64,000 bases of DNA from Lama guanicoe. Its lineage: Eukaryota. Shown here piece after piece: positions 36,093 through 48,495 of this stretch (within the stretch, counting starts at the first letter, position 1; each line of letters opens with the position of its first letter). The stretch covers positions 1,366,001 to 1,430,000 of the forward strand of contig MU054391.1 of assembly GCA_013239625.1 (NCBI GenBank), written 5' to 3'. Under the pieces are notes generated by a model. The model made no database searches. It saw only the letters and a list, made by a program, of their open reading frames with translations, and had not been told where the DNA came from. Both the position numbers and the translations under genes were made by a program.

Positions 36093-37439
36093 CCACGTGG
36101 CTTAGTCAAGGTGGTACAGGTCATGCCGGTGCATCGTGCAGGCTGGGCGCCCGGGGAGCAGGTGACACTGGCTGTGACCACAACCGCAGCCCCCTCCAGG
36201 CCACACCCTGACTCACAGCGTGGGTGAGAGTCAGGACAAGGGCTCCAATTCTCCCCCAAGAAAGGCGATGACGCCCACACCTGTGATGCAGCACCCAGCG
36301 GAGCCCAGCATCCTAAGGTGCGTGGCCCACAGGTCGCCTCCTCCAGTCCCACATCCCACCCCATGAGCTGCCACCCTCTCTGAGCAATTCTCAGAAGCAG
36401 AAGGTTCCTCCTGTTGCTCTCACTCATCCTCTCGTCAAATAACCCAAGAGCACGCTGGAAGACTGGAGAGACGGCACAGGAGGGAAAGTGCCCGCCGGGC
36501 ACGGGGAACTCGAAGTCCTTCCCAGCCCTCCCCTGCCTCGCTCGGCCCACCCTCCCTTCCGCAGTCTGCACGTCGTGGACGAGAGCCCGGGACTCACACG
36601 CACTCCTCAGAGCCAGGGGGTAGAGCGGGGAGCTTGGGCTTTGAATGAGACGCATCCGGCGTCGCTGACAAGCTCTGCAGCCCTCCGGCTCTGTGATCCG
36701 GGCACGCGGTGCCATCCCTCTGAAGCTCGCAGTGCTTGTCTGAACCATTCACTCTTACTACAAAGCTTCAACGTACGGACACCTAGAACGCAGCCGAGGC
36801 GGCTGAAGCTGCAGGCACCAAAGTGGGACCACGCGGGGACAAGTGTGAGGACAAAGGAAACATAACGACAGAAAACCCGGGACCCAGGAGGACCAGCAGG
36901 TCCGCTGCCGCAGGCGCACAGCATCCGCCCCTGCCTTCTGTCGGGGACACGTCCTTGCTTCCTGACGCCTCTGCTCCGGGGGCATCACCTGCAGCTGGAC
37001 ACCTTCCTAACTGGCTCGGAAAGAGCCGGACGTCAAGACTGCGCCGAGATTTAGAAACAGTCTGCTCAAATCATACCGCGTCCTCAGTGATGCTAGTGTT
37101 TTTGTTAAAATTAACAAGTAAAATGCCACTTGTGACCTTTGATGATTTCCCGGAAAAACAGCAGTGCTGTTGCAGCCCAATGTGGGAAAGTTGGTGCTTG
37201 CTCTTGTTATCACTCCCCAAATAAATAGAACATCTCCCCAGTTCGCGTGGATGTACTTACTGCAGGCAGCCTGCGCTCCAAGGAATAAGAGAAAAATGGA
37301 AAAGTCAGTGACCTGACAGAATTAGCCAAGGAAATCATATGAAACACTTCGGAAGGATTTCAGGGGAAATCGCGATGCATATAACGACACATCTAATATA
37401 ATAATAGTCAGATAGTACACACCTCTACTCACAGAGCCA

Positions 37440-37990
37440 GCATGGAACTCAGTTTACTGGCTCAGAGGCAGCCTTTGAAACTCGAACGTAAGAAGTAAAC
37501 GCTTGCAAATGATAGTAAAATACGAACAGAAAAATTGCCCTGAAAATGAGGAAGAAATTCTTTCTCCACAATCTTTAAAACACTCACAAACGACTATTTA
37601 TATTGTTGGTCTTATCACAGCTATGAACGTAATATTAAACAACTGTGGAGATTCTGCAAATGTTAGGAGCCTTAACAATATTAAAACAATAGCATTATAA
37701 ACACAAGCCTCGGGGTGGGGGGAATTTGGCAAGAATTGTGAGTGTTCATTCTCTCACCCTTCGTAGCCAGCAGTCGATGATATCTAAAATTAAAGCACAG
37801 AGTTAAAAATACAGTAATTCCAGTGTCTTATTGAATGTTTCATAATATTTTTCTCAGCCTTAGAATAGTATTTGAGGATATTAAGCAACGTTTTTGGCTC
37901 TCATTTCTGTTCTCATCTATGTTACTTGATTGTTTTCATAATATGTATTATTATTTATACACAAACAGTCAAGTCATTAGAAGTTTTAAA
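37440..37990 (+). mobile_element. Ancient L1 (L1ME-like) fragments
   Basis: AT-rich degenerate inter-ORF/3'UTR-like sequence ending in TTTTCATAATATGTATTATTATTT. Confidence 0.45.
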
Positions 37991-38007
37991 TGGGAAATGC
38001 TCACTTC

Positions 38008-38452
38008 TGCGCTAGTCTGGGTTCTCCAGAGAAACAGAGCCAATAGGCGAGATACGCGTGTGTAAGGAGTTGAACTGACATGGTTTTGGAGGTTGAAAAG
38101 TCCAGCTGGCTACCTGGTGATCCAGGAGCCCCGACGGTACGAGTCCCAGTCTGAATCCAAAGGCCTTAGAACCAGGAGAGCCAGTGGCGTGAGCTCCATT
38201 CTGAGTCTGAGCCCAAAGGAAGGAGAAGACCCATGTCCCAGCCCGGCAGCTGGGCCGAGGGGACCAACTCTCCCTTCTAACCCCTGTGGTTCTATTCAGC
38301 CTCAGCGGATGGGGCGGGCCCCACCCTGGAAGGGCCACCTGCTTTATTCGGGCCACTGACCAAGTGTCAGTCTCACCCAGGAACACCTGCAGACAGACAC
38401 GCCCAGGACAACGTCCGACCGCGGGTCTGGGCACCTGTGACCCATCACCACC
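38008..38452 (-). mobile_element. ERVL LTR (MLT2-like)
   Basis: TAGTCTGGGTTCTCCAGAGAAACAGAGCCAATAGG start, with GTCTGAATCCAAAGGCCTTAGAACCAGGAGAGCC and TTCTATTCAGCCTCAGCGGAT internally. Confidence 0.9.
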
Positions 38453-39739
38453 ACTTCCACAACGAGGTCACTGTCTGCTGCGCATTTCAGCAAGTTACAA
38501 AAGCGGGTGGCCCTGAAGACGCCCGTCTCAGGAGGCCGCTGTCCAGACCCCGAGAGGACCGTGAGGGGAAACTCCCGCTTCTGGGGGGCCGCCAAGCACG
38601 TCGCTTGTTTTCAGAACCGAAACTGCCCCTGTCATGGTCCTCGTGAGTGCTGTCCTACTCCCCGTGAACTGGAGCTCCGCTTTCTAGTGTCTTTGTCTCT
38701 GAGTTCAGGAGCTTGGAGGGCGGGCCAGTCTCCATCGTAAGACTGGGCTGTCCGAGAACCGCCTCTTGCCCCGTCTCTGCCCAAATGGGCAGCTCCCCGC
38801 CCCGGCCTGGGGAGGTAGGGACAGCGGCAGCGTCGCCACACCCCCAAGCGCTCTCCAGGGCCGCTGCGGCTCCCTCCTGACTGCGCCTCCTGCCTCCGGC
38901 TGCTCCGGCTCTGCAGCGGGTCAGGGTCGTCTGCCTGTTCGTGTCACACAGGCCAGTTCCACTGAACCGCCCAACGGTCTCCTACCACCACCCGCAAAAA
39001 CTGAGATCAAGTTCCAAAGCCACAGCTTTCCAGGCAGGTGCAGGTGGACTCTGTTTACTTCCGCAGCCCCCTCCCCACCGCACCCCTGCGCAGGGCCACC
39101 TTCAGCACACGGGCCACACGGCTGCCCCCCAGACACACCACGCAGGCCCTTTCGGCCAAGACTTTCTCCACCTGTGAGCCCCTCACCTCGCCTCTTCCCT
39201 CATGGAAGTGCTTTCGTGCATCCGAGCCCCGTGCAGGGGTCGCCCCGCTTGGGTTCTCCGGGCTCCCAGTCGGAGGGGCCCGGCTTCCCTACGCTGTTGC
39301 GTCTCCCGGCCACACCGCCCTTGGTGCCAGAGCCCTCGCGCCCTGGCTGCGCTGGTGTCTCTACCTGCGCGTCTCACGACCCCTGCAGGCCCCAGGCAAT
39401 CAGTCAGGCAGCTCCCCAACATCGTCATAGCTCCCGGCACAGACTAGGTACCGAAGGAACTCGGACTTGCTGAGTTCAGTTCCCCAGGGGAGAATTTTCT
39501 CCAGTGTATCCACACCTGTATAAGGGGACTAGAAATCTGGGGTGCAGCCTGATTCCTGTCATTTTAATCAGGAGACTTTGGACATCGCATTTATCGGTTT
39601 ATTTTTAAGGTAAATATAAATAAAGATGCTCCTGTCAACATATTTTGTAAGTATGAGAAAAATCAGTCGGATTTAGCGTAACAGCTTTCAGATCCTCAGA
39701 CCCCCTAAGACAGCAGAACCTATGAATCCAGAGAAGAAC

Positions 39740-40060
39740 GTGCGATTCCTTTTTATTCTAACGGAAGTAACAGCTTCCCTGCCCGGGAGCACGGAGAAGG
39801 CTGCGATAAAACGGCGCCTCGCTTCTCGCCCGGCATCCGGCTGAGGACGTGGACGGAATCCGGCAGCGGCAGCGGGAGGAAGCCCTCGGCGCCTCCCCGC
39901 GGCCCCCTCCGCTTCTGCGCGAGAGGGAGCCGGCCCTGATTGCTGCCGCATCAGTCAAAGGGATTTCAAATTGCAGCCCGGCCTCCCCTGGCTGGAGTTA
40001 ATTAGAACGCTGACATTTCCCAGACTGCCAGCTAAATGAATGCTCGGGAAGATGTGCATG
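39740..40060. promoter_or_regulatory. CpG-rich enhancer-like element
   Basis: Very dense CpG at 39780-39950, adjacent to CGGAAGT (ETS), GATAAA (GATA), TGATTG, TCAAAGG (TCF/LEF-like), TAATTA and TGACA motifs. Confidence 0.4.
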
Positions 40061-40922
40061 TACGTCCAGTGGGTAAATACAGGCTGTCAGACTCCTCTGC
40101 AAACCGCGCCCCAGCCCTTTCTGCTTCTTTCACCAAATACCACCAGTAAGTGACTCCTAACCTCGTCTGCGACGTCCTGTGAAGTGCCCAGCGTTCCATC
40201 TGAAATGCAGTCAACGCTCATTCTCATTTGCATCGTATCAGACCGTGCTTCTGGACAGTCCTATTCTTTGTGATCCAGTGAAAATGGAAGCCATGCTTAA
40301 ACCACGCTTAATAGAGCTTCTGACACACGGGGCTGGGGAGACAAGGCTGGCAGGCTGCTCCTCCCAGATGTGAAGCTGGGGAGTGACGGCCCATCCCTGC
40401 CCCGCCGGGGACACAGCTGAGCCCTGGGGGCGGAGCGGGGGCACAGCTCGTGGCTCAAATGCCTTGACCCTCACGGTTCTCACTGAGATTGACTGGTTTT
40501 CCTTGAACCAATGTTTCTTCATTTGCTCCAGGCCCTCAGGGCAATTCCCAGAGACTTAAATTGTTTTTGATCATTTTCACCTAATAATTGTCGCTTTGCT
40601 GGCAGAGGGTCTGCCAAGATCCTTACTTGGACTCTTGGCCAAATCTTTCACTAAGGAGCTCCTTAAAACTTCCCTTTGTGTTTGGAAGGACAGTTCAGGT
40701 AGCTGCTGGGACAAAGAGAGGTCGCTCCCACCACGCGTGTGTGTCCGGCGTTGGCCACACCTGGTTTTGCATTAGTCGGGAGTAGACAGGACCAGAGCAC
40801 AACCAACACAAGGTGAAGACGTACAAGGCATCTTCTGTGCCTCCTGTGCCCCAGCCCTGTCCTCTGCCGTAGTGGCGACGCCCACGTGACAGGAGAGGAC
40901 GGTCCCCACGGAAAGGTCCTCC

Positions 40923-40941
40923 AGGACAGTAGGGGGCAGCA
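40923..40941 (+). promoter_or_regulatory. Candidate CTCF site
   Basis: GGACAGTAGGGGGCAGCA matches CCASYAGRKGGCRS except for the first C. Confidence 0.35.
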
Positions 40942-41916
40942 TAGTGGGAGCAGAGGTCTGGCCTAGCACACCGTTCAGGGGCTGGCTCCATCCTCCGGCC
41001 AACAGAGTGGGTGGTGAGGATGAAGACACGGCGGTGGGGTTGGGGGAGGGGGGCAGCATGGACGGGCAGCGGGGTCCCAGCACTCCAGCCACGTGGCTGA
41101 GATGCCAGGCAACACAAACTCCCAGCTGCACCGATCTGCGGCTCTGAGTCCCTGCCTCCTGGGTCCAAGAGGTGCCTTTTCTTCAAGCAATGTCCCTACG
41201 AGACGGCTGCATCCTGTTTTGTTCCTTCCCAAACTGTTCCAGCCTCGAAATCTCTCAATTCATGGCACCTGCCTGAGCTTTGCAGGCCAAGCGCTTGATA
41301 AAAAGACTGAGTAACCATGCACCTGACCAGACCCGGGGAGCCGGGCAGGCTGCCCTCTGCTCCTCCAGAAGAGGAGGGGCCGCTCAGGCCCTGACGGCCG
41401 TGACCAGTCCCCATGGTGAGTTAGCCACGCGAGGCCCTGCAGCTGCAGGAAAACCTGCCTAAGCTCCGAACTGGGGCGATGCCAGCACTTGGACATTAGA
41501 GGGGGTTCCTGAACGTGCATCCGTCTAATCAGACTTCAGCGGGACCTCCAGCACATCAGAACCTCTCCACCACCTGAGACAGTGTGCGCGAGCAAGGACT
41601 CACCAGTGGTGACGAGGGCTGGGCCCTCCGGAGAGGACGACTCGGAAGGCCTTCCACTACCCAAGCCCATCCCTGTTTCTTCGAAGGCGAGTTGGTCCGA
41701 CGTTCACTTGGAGGACCTTAATTCCAATGGAAGGCTCCTCCCCGTATCAGACGCATTTCCAGTTACCTTCCCACTCGCCATCCCCTCAAATTCTTTCCCA
41801 TTTGACTCTGGGCACATCCATTCCTCAGAACCCTCTGGGGCAAAACACCAGGGAGCCAGGCACCCCTCCACCCACATCTCGTGGGAGAACGAAGAAGTGT
41901 GCTGACCCAGCCCTGC

Positions 41917-42066
41917 GGGCGTCTCCCTGGCCCCAGCAGGGCCGCAGGCTCAGGGCGTCCCCCCGGCCCCAGCAGGGCTGCAGGCTCAGGGCACCGCCCC
42001 ACCCCAGCAGGGCCGCAGGCTCAGGGTGTTCCCCTGGCCCCAGCAGGGCCACAGGCTCAGGGTGCC
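41917..42066. repeat. GC-rich minisatellite, 35-36-bp unit, 4 copies
   Basis: CCCCAGCAGGGCYRCAGGCTCAGGG recurs at 41931, 41967, 42002 and 42038. Confidence 0.95.
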
Positions 42067-43494
42067 CAGGCAGGGGACAGCCGCGGGGACCACCGAGGTG
42101 GGGACACACTTGGACGGCTCTGGGTAGGTGCCCTGGGTGTGCTAGGACAAGGAGCACAGACTGAGGGTTTCTTCTCTCCTCCGTCTTTCATGTGTTTCTG
42201 TATTGTGGTCCTATTGCTTTTGAAACAAAAATAATGACCAATTTAGAAAGAAAGGAGGGAGGAAGGGAGGGAGGAAAGGGAAGAAAGAGCCTGAGGCCCA
42301 CCTGCGGCCCGGCAGCCCCGCTTCTCGCCCGCAGCCCGCTAACCACAGCCTGCGCCCAGCCTGCACTTCCACGCGCTCGGAGTCATTCTCCTAGGAAGCC
42401 GACTTTTACACTCAAGTGTGCACACTGTTTCCCCAGCTCTCTTCACTCCCGTTTGCCAGCCCCCGCAGCCTCACCTCCACTGCGGGCAGAGGGAGTCAGA
42501 GCAGGGCGGGGGGCACAGGTCCCCTCTGTGGGTCAAGTCAACCCGCCCGAGAGGTCCTTCCGGTTCTTAACGCTGACCTGCTTTCTCCTGCGGGGAGCTG
42601 GCGTCTCCTTGCCTGAACCGGTGGGCCAGGGCTAATGCACTGGTATCCGATCAGGGATGGGATTTACTTTTGCATCGGAGATAAAGGCGTAAGTCTGCAG
42701 GCCTCCAACCTGAGGGTGTCCCGCCCTCAATTTCCCATAAGCTCCTTCAACTGAACCCCATCATCCAGCAACCTGCCTGCAAAGAGAAGTCTTTGGGGCT
42801 TCTGTTAAATGTAAAGTGCTCAGAGCATAAATTTATATCTTCTCCTCCTGTGACCTCACCTCCAAAAGGTCAAAGGAATAAAGAGCTATAAATCCTCAGA
42901 GGCGAGCGGGAAAGGGTGGTATCAGCAGACGAGCCATTTCAGTGACGCTTTACGGGCAGCAGCGTGAACCGAGGGTCGGCCCCGGGGAGCAGCCAGGCAG
43001 GGAGGGGCCTGCGGACAACACCAGCGGGGCCCTGCTCTCCCCGCAGATGCCCCGGGAGGCTCGAGACTCATAGAAGACACCACGCAGCAAACCAGGTGAC
43101 AATGGGGGCTCGGCCAGAAATCCAAACCCACTGCCTTATCCCGGGGAAGCAGTCTGACATTGTCCACTGGCGAGCAGCCCAGGTCCGCACTCTCTAAAGA
43201 ATTTCAGTGGGAGACGTGTGGCCAAAACTGGGCGGAGTACCTACAAGGTGGGGAGAGGTGTGCAGAGCTGACATGGAGAGGAGCTGGACCCCCGGACCTT
43301 GCCCATCTCATTCCCGGGTAGAGCATCACACAGTCCCCCTGAAGAAGGGCGGTGGGCTCGGGGGGAAAGAAAATCACCACTCCTCATGTGGCGTATTCGC
43401 CTGATGAGGTGACCCGCCCACGAGCAGTGTCTCTACCAGGGATGAACACGTCCCCCCTGCACACACAGAGCTCCCGGGACGTCGGTAGGTGGAG

Positions 43495-43606
43495 AGCTGG
43501 ATGGATGGATAGACAGACAGACAGATGTAGATGCATAAGTGCTACATACAGACACACATGACAGATACATAGCTGATGGATAGAGGAGATGACAGACAGA
43601 CAGACA
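43495..43606. repeat. Degenerate (GGAT)/(GACA)/(GATA) simple repeat
   Basis: Direct reading. Confidence 0.8.
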
Positions 43607-43609
43607 GCA

Positions 43610-45010
43610 TGCTGCACGTGAAGAAAGGTCTCTAACACAAAAGACAAAAAATGAAAAGCGTAAAGAAGGAGACACCATGCAGAGAACAGAAGAAGGCCTC
43701 AAAAACGCCTCAGCTAATATTGTCAGTGTCACAACTCGGTGTTTCATACGTAAAACAAGGCTAGGACCACGAGGACAGAAAAAAATCTTAGAAATTTAAA
43801 AAAACGACAGCAAAATTTGAAAACCTAATAAATAGTTGAAAGGGAAAATCGAAGAAATCTCTCAGGAAGTAAGGCAAGAAGATGAAACTATGGGAGAACA
43901 CACTAGAACGTACGCAGTTAACTGAGGGGCTCTGATACAGAGCGGGGAGACTTCCAGAGACGGTGGCAGAGAAACCAAGGGGAGGCTACTGTGGAAAAAG
44001 CAGCTGAAGAAAAATTCACACACTGGAAAAAATACAAATCACAAGCTGGGAGGGTCCGGCTGAGTGCCCAGCACAAGGACTGGAAAGTCTGTAATGGAAA
44101 CAATTAAGGGGTAATTAATTAATTAAGTATCAGAGCAGCAGAAGTGAAAAATGGTAACAAACTCAAGAATTCCAGAAAAACTGGGGCCCTCGTTTCTCAT
44201 CTCATTTTTATCATACTCCCCAAAAGATGAGACTCAGAATGAGATGGGATTTCTTAACAACGATTCTGGATTAAAAATTCAAAAATAGCCCATATTTTTA
44301 AAGGCAAGTGCTTCGTTAGAAATTCTAAAGGAATGTTCTACCTGCCCCAGCTCCCAGCCCAGCGTGCCCGCTAGCCACAGCTCTCCGGGAGGCAGGGAGG
44401 GAAAAGGCTGACCTTTGGGGCACCCCTCCTCCGGCAGCCGCTGGAGAGTGTGATCCCACAAGACAAGGGAATAAATCACGAAGGAGCTGCAGGAAACAGA
44501 GCCAGCCTGGGGCGCGTGGGGAGCAGCCCGCGGACGCAGGAAGCAGACCGGAGACACACGCTCCGGCCAGAGGGCTCCTTAGGGGCTTTACAAGGCTGGC
44601 TTTCCTTCTCAAGAACAGGGGTATCTGTCCAGAAGACCCGCCAAGGGGGAAGGAGCGCCGTTGCTGAAGCGAGGAAAGACAGAAGTGGACGACAGAAAGC
44701 GTATAACCATGGTAACGACTTGGTTCCCAGGGAGCAACACCTACACAGGTAAATAACACGGTAGACTATATGATAAAGCATCTGGGAAAAACAAGGATGT
44801 GCATCTGAAAGACTGCAAGCAGAAAAAATGGCGCATTAACTCAAGATTTAAAAAAAACAGGCTGTAATCATAGTGCACGTCTTGGTTCTGCAAAGAACAG
44901 TATTTACACAGTTTAATGATATAAACACTGATTACCCACTTAACTAAAAATGGTGACATGATAATATTGGAAGGGAGGGAGCAGGGAGGGAGGTAAGCCA
45001 GACCTAAGTC
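43610..45010 (+). mobile_element. Ancient LINE-1 ORF1 and inter-ORF remnant
   Basis: TTAGAAATTTAAAAAAACGACAGC...GAAGAAATCTCTCAGGAAGT, TTCTTAACAACGATTCTGGA and GCCGCTGGAGAGTGTGATCCCAC resemble L1ME ORF1 segments. Confidence 0.65.
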
Positions 45011-47823
45011 CTCACGTGGAAGACACAGAGGTCGGTAAACAAGGGCGAAGACTGATGGACGAACTCCGGCCGCATGACCGCGTCACCCAGGGGGACCGGG
45101 AAGTCACCAAGGCGCGGCTGCCTACTCCGGGGAGCAGAGCTGCACGAGAGCCTGGGGACCAGGCTGTTATTCTCATGCTGCTGTTTGACCTTTCAGGAGC
45201 CCGCATGCGTTGTTTTTACGACACCGTCAGTTTGGGAAGAGAGAGACAGAGCGGGGCACACTGCTCCTGTGCCTGTGCCGCGGGCGGGGCCGGACACGTG
45301 GGTCCCTCACGCCGGCTCACGCCCTGTCGATGTACAGAGTGCTTTCCTACGTATTGTGCTGTTTAATTTGACGACGACCCTGCAAGGTGGATATTAGTTT
45401 CTTATTTACAGGAAATATTTTCCACAATATTTTTATTTTATTTCTGTAAATATTTTTGCAGGTAAGTGTGTCCTTATTTACAGGAAAGGCAATGCATCCA
45501 GAACGCAGGAATAATGTACCCAGGGTTCTGTGTGTAACAGAAATAGACGTTTATGTCTGGCTTCCTGAGCTTGAACCTGTAATCCATTCCGCTGGAGCCA
45601 GAGCCCTGGGCTAGGAAACGCTGGCTTTCCCAGAAAGCAGGTGCTAAGAGCATTCCTCACACTGTGATGGCTTAGGCCGACCGTGTCACTCGACACTGCG
45701 CCTTAATCCATTTCCCAGAAATAGGCACGTCGTCAGCTTCCCTCTGGGGCCGCCTGCTTCCCTGAGACCACGCCCAGATCACGGCCAGTGGGGAAGAGGG
45801 GTGCGTCCCCGGGCCCCAAAGTCCACCCCAAGTGACCTTGTTCTTGCCTCAGCCCAGCCCTGGTCTTCACTTATTCTCAGACGAATTCCAGCCCTTTTCA
45901 TACCTTTGAGTCCCCACCACCCCTTCTCCACTTGCCTCTCCAACATTCAAAGGGTTAACACAGGCAGATACGCACCCTGTTCCCCAACTGCCTGCCTTTC
46001 CACCCGCCTTGCCAACCCGACACTCCACGTCACTCCTGCGTGACCAGGTCGTGGCCACTTTGTGCCCCCCAGATTCTGCCCCCGCTTCATCGTGCTTTGA
46101 AGGCACGGTTCCTGACAGGGTGACAACGCAGAACAGACTGGGGCCAACGATCAGCAGGGACCGGTGGCCCTTGGTGGGGAGACGTGGCCTCATAAAAGCC
46201 ACAGCAAGCAATTAATGGGAGCCTGGGTCTTGAGACACGTTCTGTGGCTCTAGTCCACGTGAGTGACTGCACTGGGAAACTGGTCATTCCGTGGGGACTA
46301 ATGAGCAATTTTCTGTCAGAGCACAAGGTGCACTCGGGAAGGAAAGAATGACAAAAGGAACTCGGTTCCCAAAGGACTTAACAATCCTTTTCTTTCTGCA
46401 TATGGAGAAGGAGATGTGGGAATGGCCTCGCCTGCCAAGAAGAACACTCTGATTTATTTTCCTCCAAAAAATGAAAAGCCAGCCAAAGAGCCAGCACAGC
46501 AGGCTGGCTCTTGGGCTCCAGGTGACCGAGCCGGGCCGGCCAGGCGGCGTGTGGGCAGCGCCGCGCAGGCCAGGCAGACAGACCAGTGCCAGCCGCGCGG
46601 GCGAGGCTTCCTTCAGATCCGTCACAAGTGATTGATTGGACTTGTTTCACTGTTGTCACTTTAACGTCTCTGAGCAGGTATTCCCTTAAAAAAGCGTGAA
46701 GATTCAGAAGGGGTGTCAGTTTGGAGAAATCTCATTATGGGCATGAACCGAAAGGAAGTTCCCGCTGCAAGAAAGTGTTCGCAGCCGAGAAACCCTGCAG
46801 CCATGTTTACAGCACAAAATGCTGTTACCTGAAACAAAGTATCTTAAAAACGTTCCCTGCCCTTTCCAGTATCCATATATTTACTAAGGAAACAAAGTAG
46901 AATGAACGGAAGTCAACATTTTAATTTTGATTTTATTAAATAGCAACATAGCTCCAACCCACAGTGGGTCATACAGGACTTCATTCAGTTCACGCAACGA
47001 GGAAATTCCAAACTTTGCTGAAGAGGAAGTTTCTACTTGAATAGTGATTTCTCTCTTTTATACAAACGTGTATCTTAAGACACGGCTGTGCCAGTGGAAA
47101 AGTGGGAAAAGGATTAAGAGTGGATTTCACCTAAGAAATACAGGCAGAGGTCTGAACAGGCGGTCCAGGAAGGAGGACGTGCAGCCCCTCCGTGTGCACC
47201 TGAGGAGAGACGCTCGCCTTCCCCAGGAGGCGAGAAGGAGGGCACGAACCTGCTTCCCATCAGGTGAACCGAACCGTCTTACAGCGTGAACAATTGCAGC
47301 GCTGGTGCGGATGTGGGCAGACGGACACAGTCAGGTGTGCCGCCCAGAGCATGACCTGGGGACGCGGTCCCACAGCACCCGTCCCGCTCAGCCTGGCAGG
47401 CGCCCTGGGACGCAGCGTCTCGCCCGGGGGCGCCCCCGAGAAGGGGCTGTCCACACGCAGACACAGACGCGCGTGTCTGTATCTGAACAGATACACAGAC
47501 GTGTGTGTGACACCAAGCGAAAAAGCGGAAAGCACCCTGAGTGCCGAGCAAGCACTGCTCCCGCGCTAACTCAGTTAGTGTGTTTCAGGCTAGGGAAGTC
47601 CAGGCCGCCCAAGGCAGCGCAGAGGTAGAAGCACCGCGCTTCCGCCCCGCACAGGAGGCGGCAGCGCTGGGGGCCGGAGGGCTGTGCCACTGAACCCCGA
47701 CGCCCCCGCAAACTCGTCCTCCTCCGTGGGCTCCTCTGCTCGTGGCAACAAGGAGGCTGGAGTGACAGGGAGCCCGGCCGCCCTAAGCAGAGCCCAGAGG
47801 GCAGAACTCGGGACAGCACACTT

Positions 47824-47984
47824 CAGTGGTCAGAGCTGTGTCCCAGGCCTACCCCGAACCAGTCCAGTGCCTGGACACAGCACTCCCACCCCGTCTCCCA
47901 GTGGTCAGAGCTGTGTCCCAGGCCCGCCCCGAACCAGTCCCAGTGCCTGGACACAGCACCCCCACCCCGTCTCCCAGTGGTCAG
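47824..47984. repeat. Tandem repeat, 75-76-bp unit, ~2.1 copies
   Basis: CAGTGGTCAG at 47824, 47899 and 47975, with near-identical intervening sequence. Confidence 0.95.
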
Positions 47985-48119
47985 GCTACACACCCCAGGC
48001 TGGGGAGGACCCAGTGTCCAGAGCGAACGAGCCAGGAGAGGCCCTTAGCCGGGAGTGGGGACAGTGGTGGGGGCAGGACCTACAGTTGCTGCCACACTCA
48101 CCAGGAAGGGACATTCAGC

Positions 48120-48495
48120 AACTGTTGTGCCCCTGAAAACTCATCTGGCGATGTCCTAACCCCAGGAGGTCAGAAGGTGACCTTACTTCGAAAGAGGGTC
48201 TTTGCAGATGTAACTGGTTGAGGTTCCATAGTAGGAGGGTGACCCCTAATCCCGTAGGATGGGTGTCCTTATAAAAGGGGGAGACGCGGACACAGACACA
48301 CACAGGGCACGCCATATGACATTCCGAGTGATGCTTCCCCTGCCGAGGGAGCACCAGGAGCTGGGGGACAGGCCTGCACCAGGGCTTCGGGGTGGGGCCC
48401 TGACCCCCTGCGCTGGGACGTCTGGCTCTGGGACCAGGAGGAGCACACCCCTGTCATGGAGGCCACTCAGTTTGTGGTCCTCTAACCAAAAACAC
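48120..48495 (+). mobile_element. MaLR LTR (MLT1B/C-like)
   Basis: GTCCTAACCCC...GTGACCTTACTTCGAAAGAGGGTCTTTGCAGATGTAA...GGTGTCCTTATAAAAGGGGGA...CAGTTTGTGG. Confidence 0.9.

Noticed and set aside
36017..39473. 243-aa (-) and 235-aa (+) ORFs
   Set aside because: No recognisable homology, composition reflects GC bias, and one overlaps an MLT2 LTR.
41917..42066. CRISPR-like array (36-bp period)
   Set aside because: Head-to-tail minisatellite without unique spacers, no cas genes, eukaryotic context.
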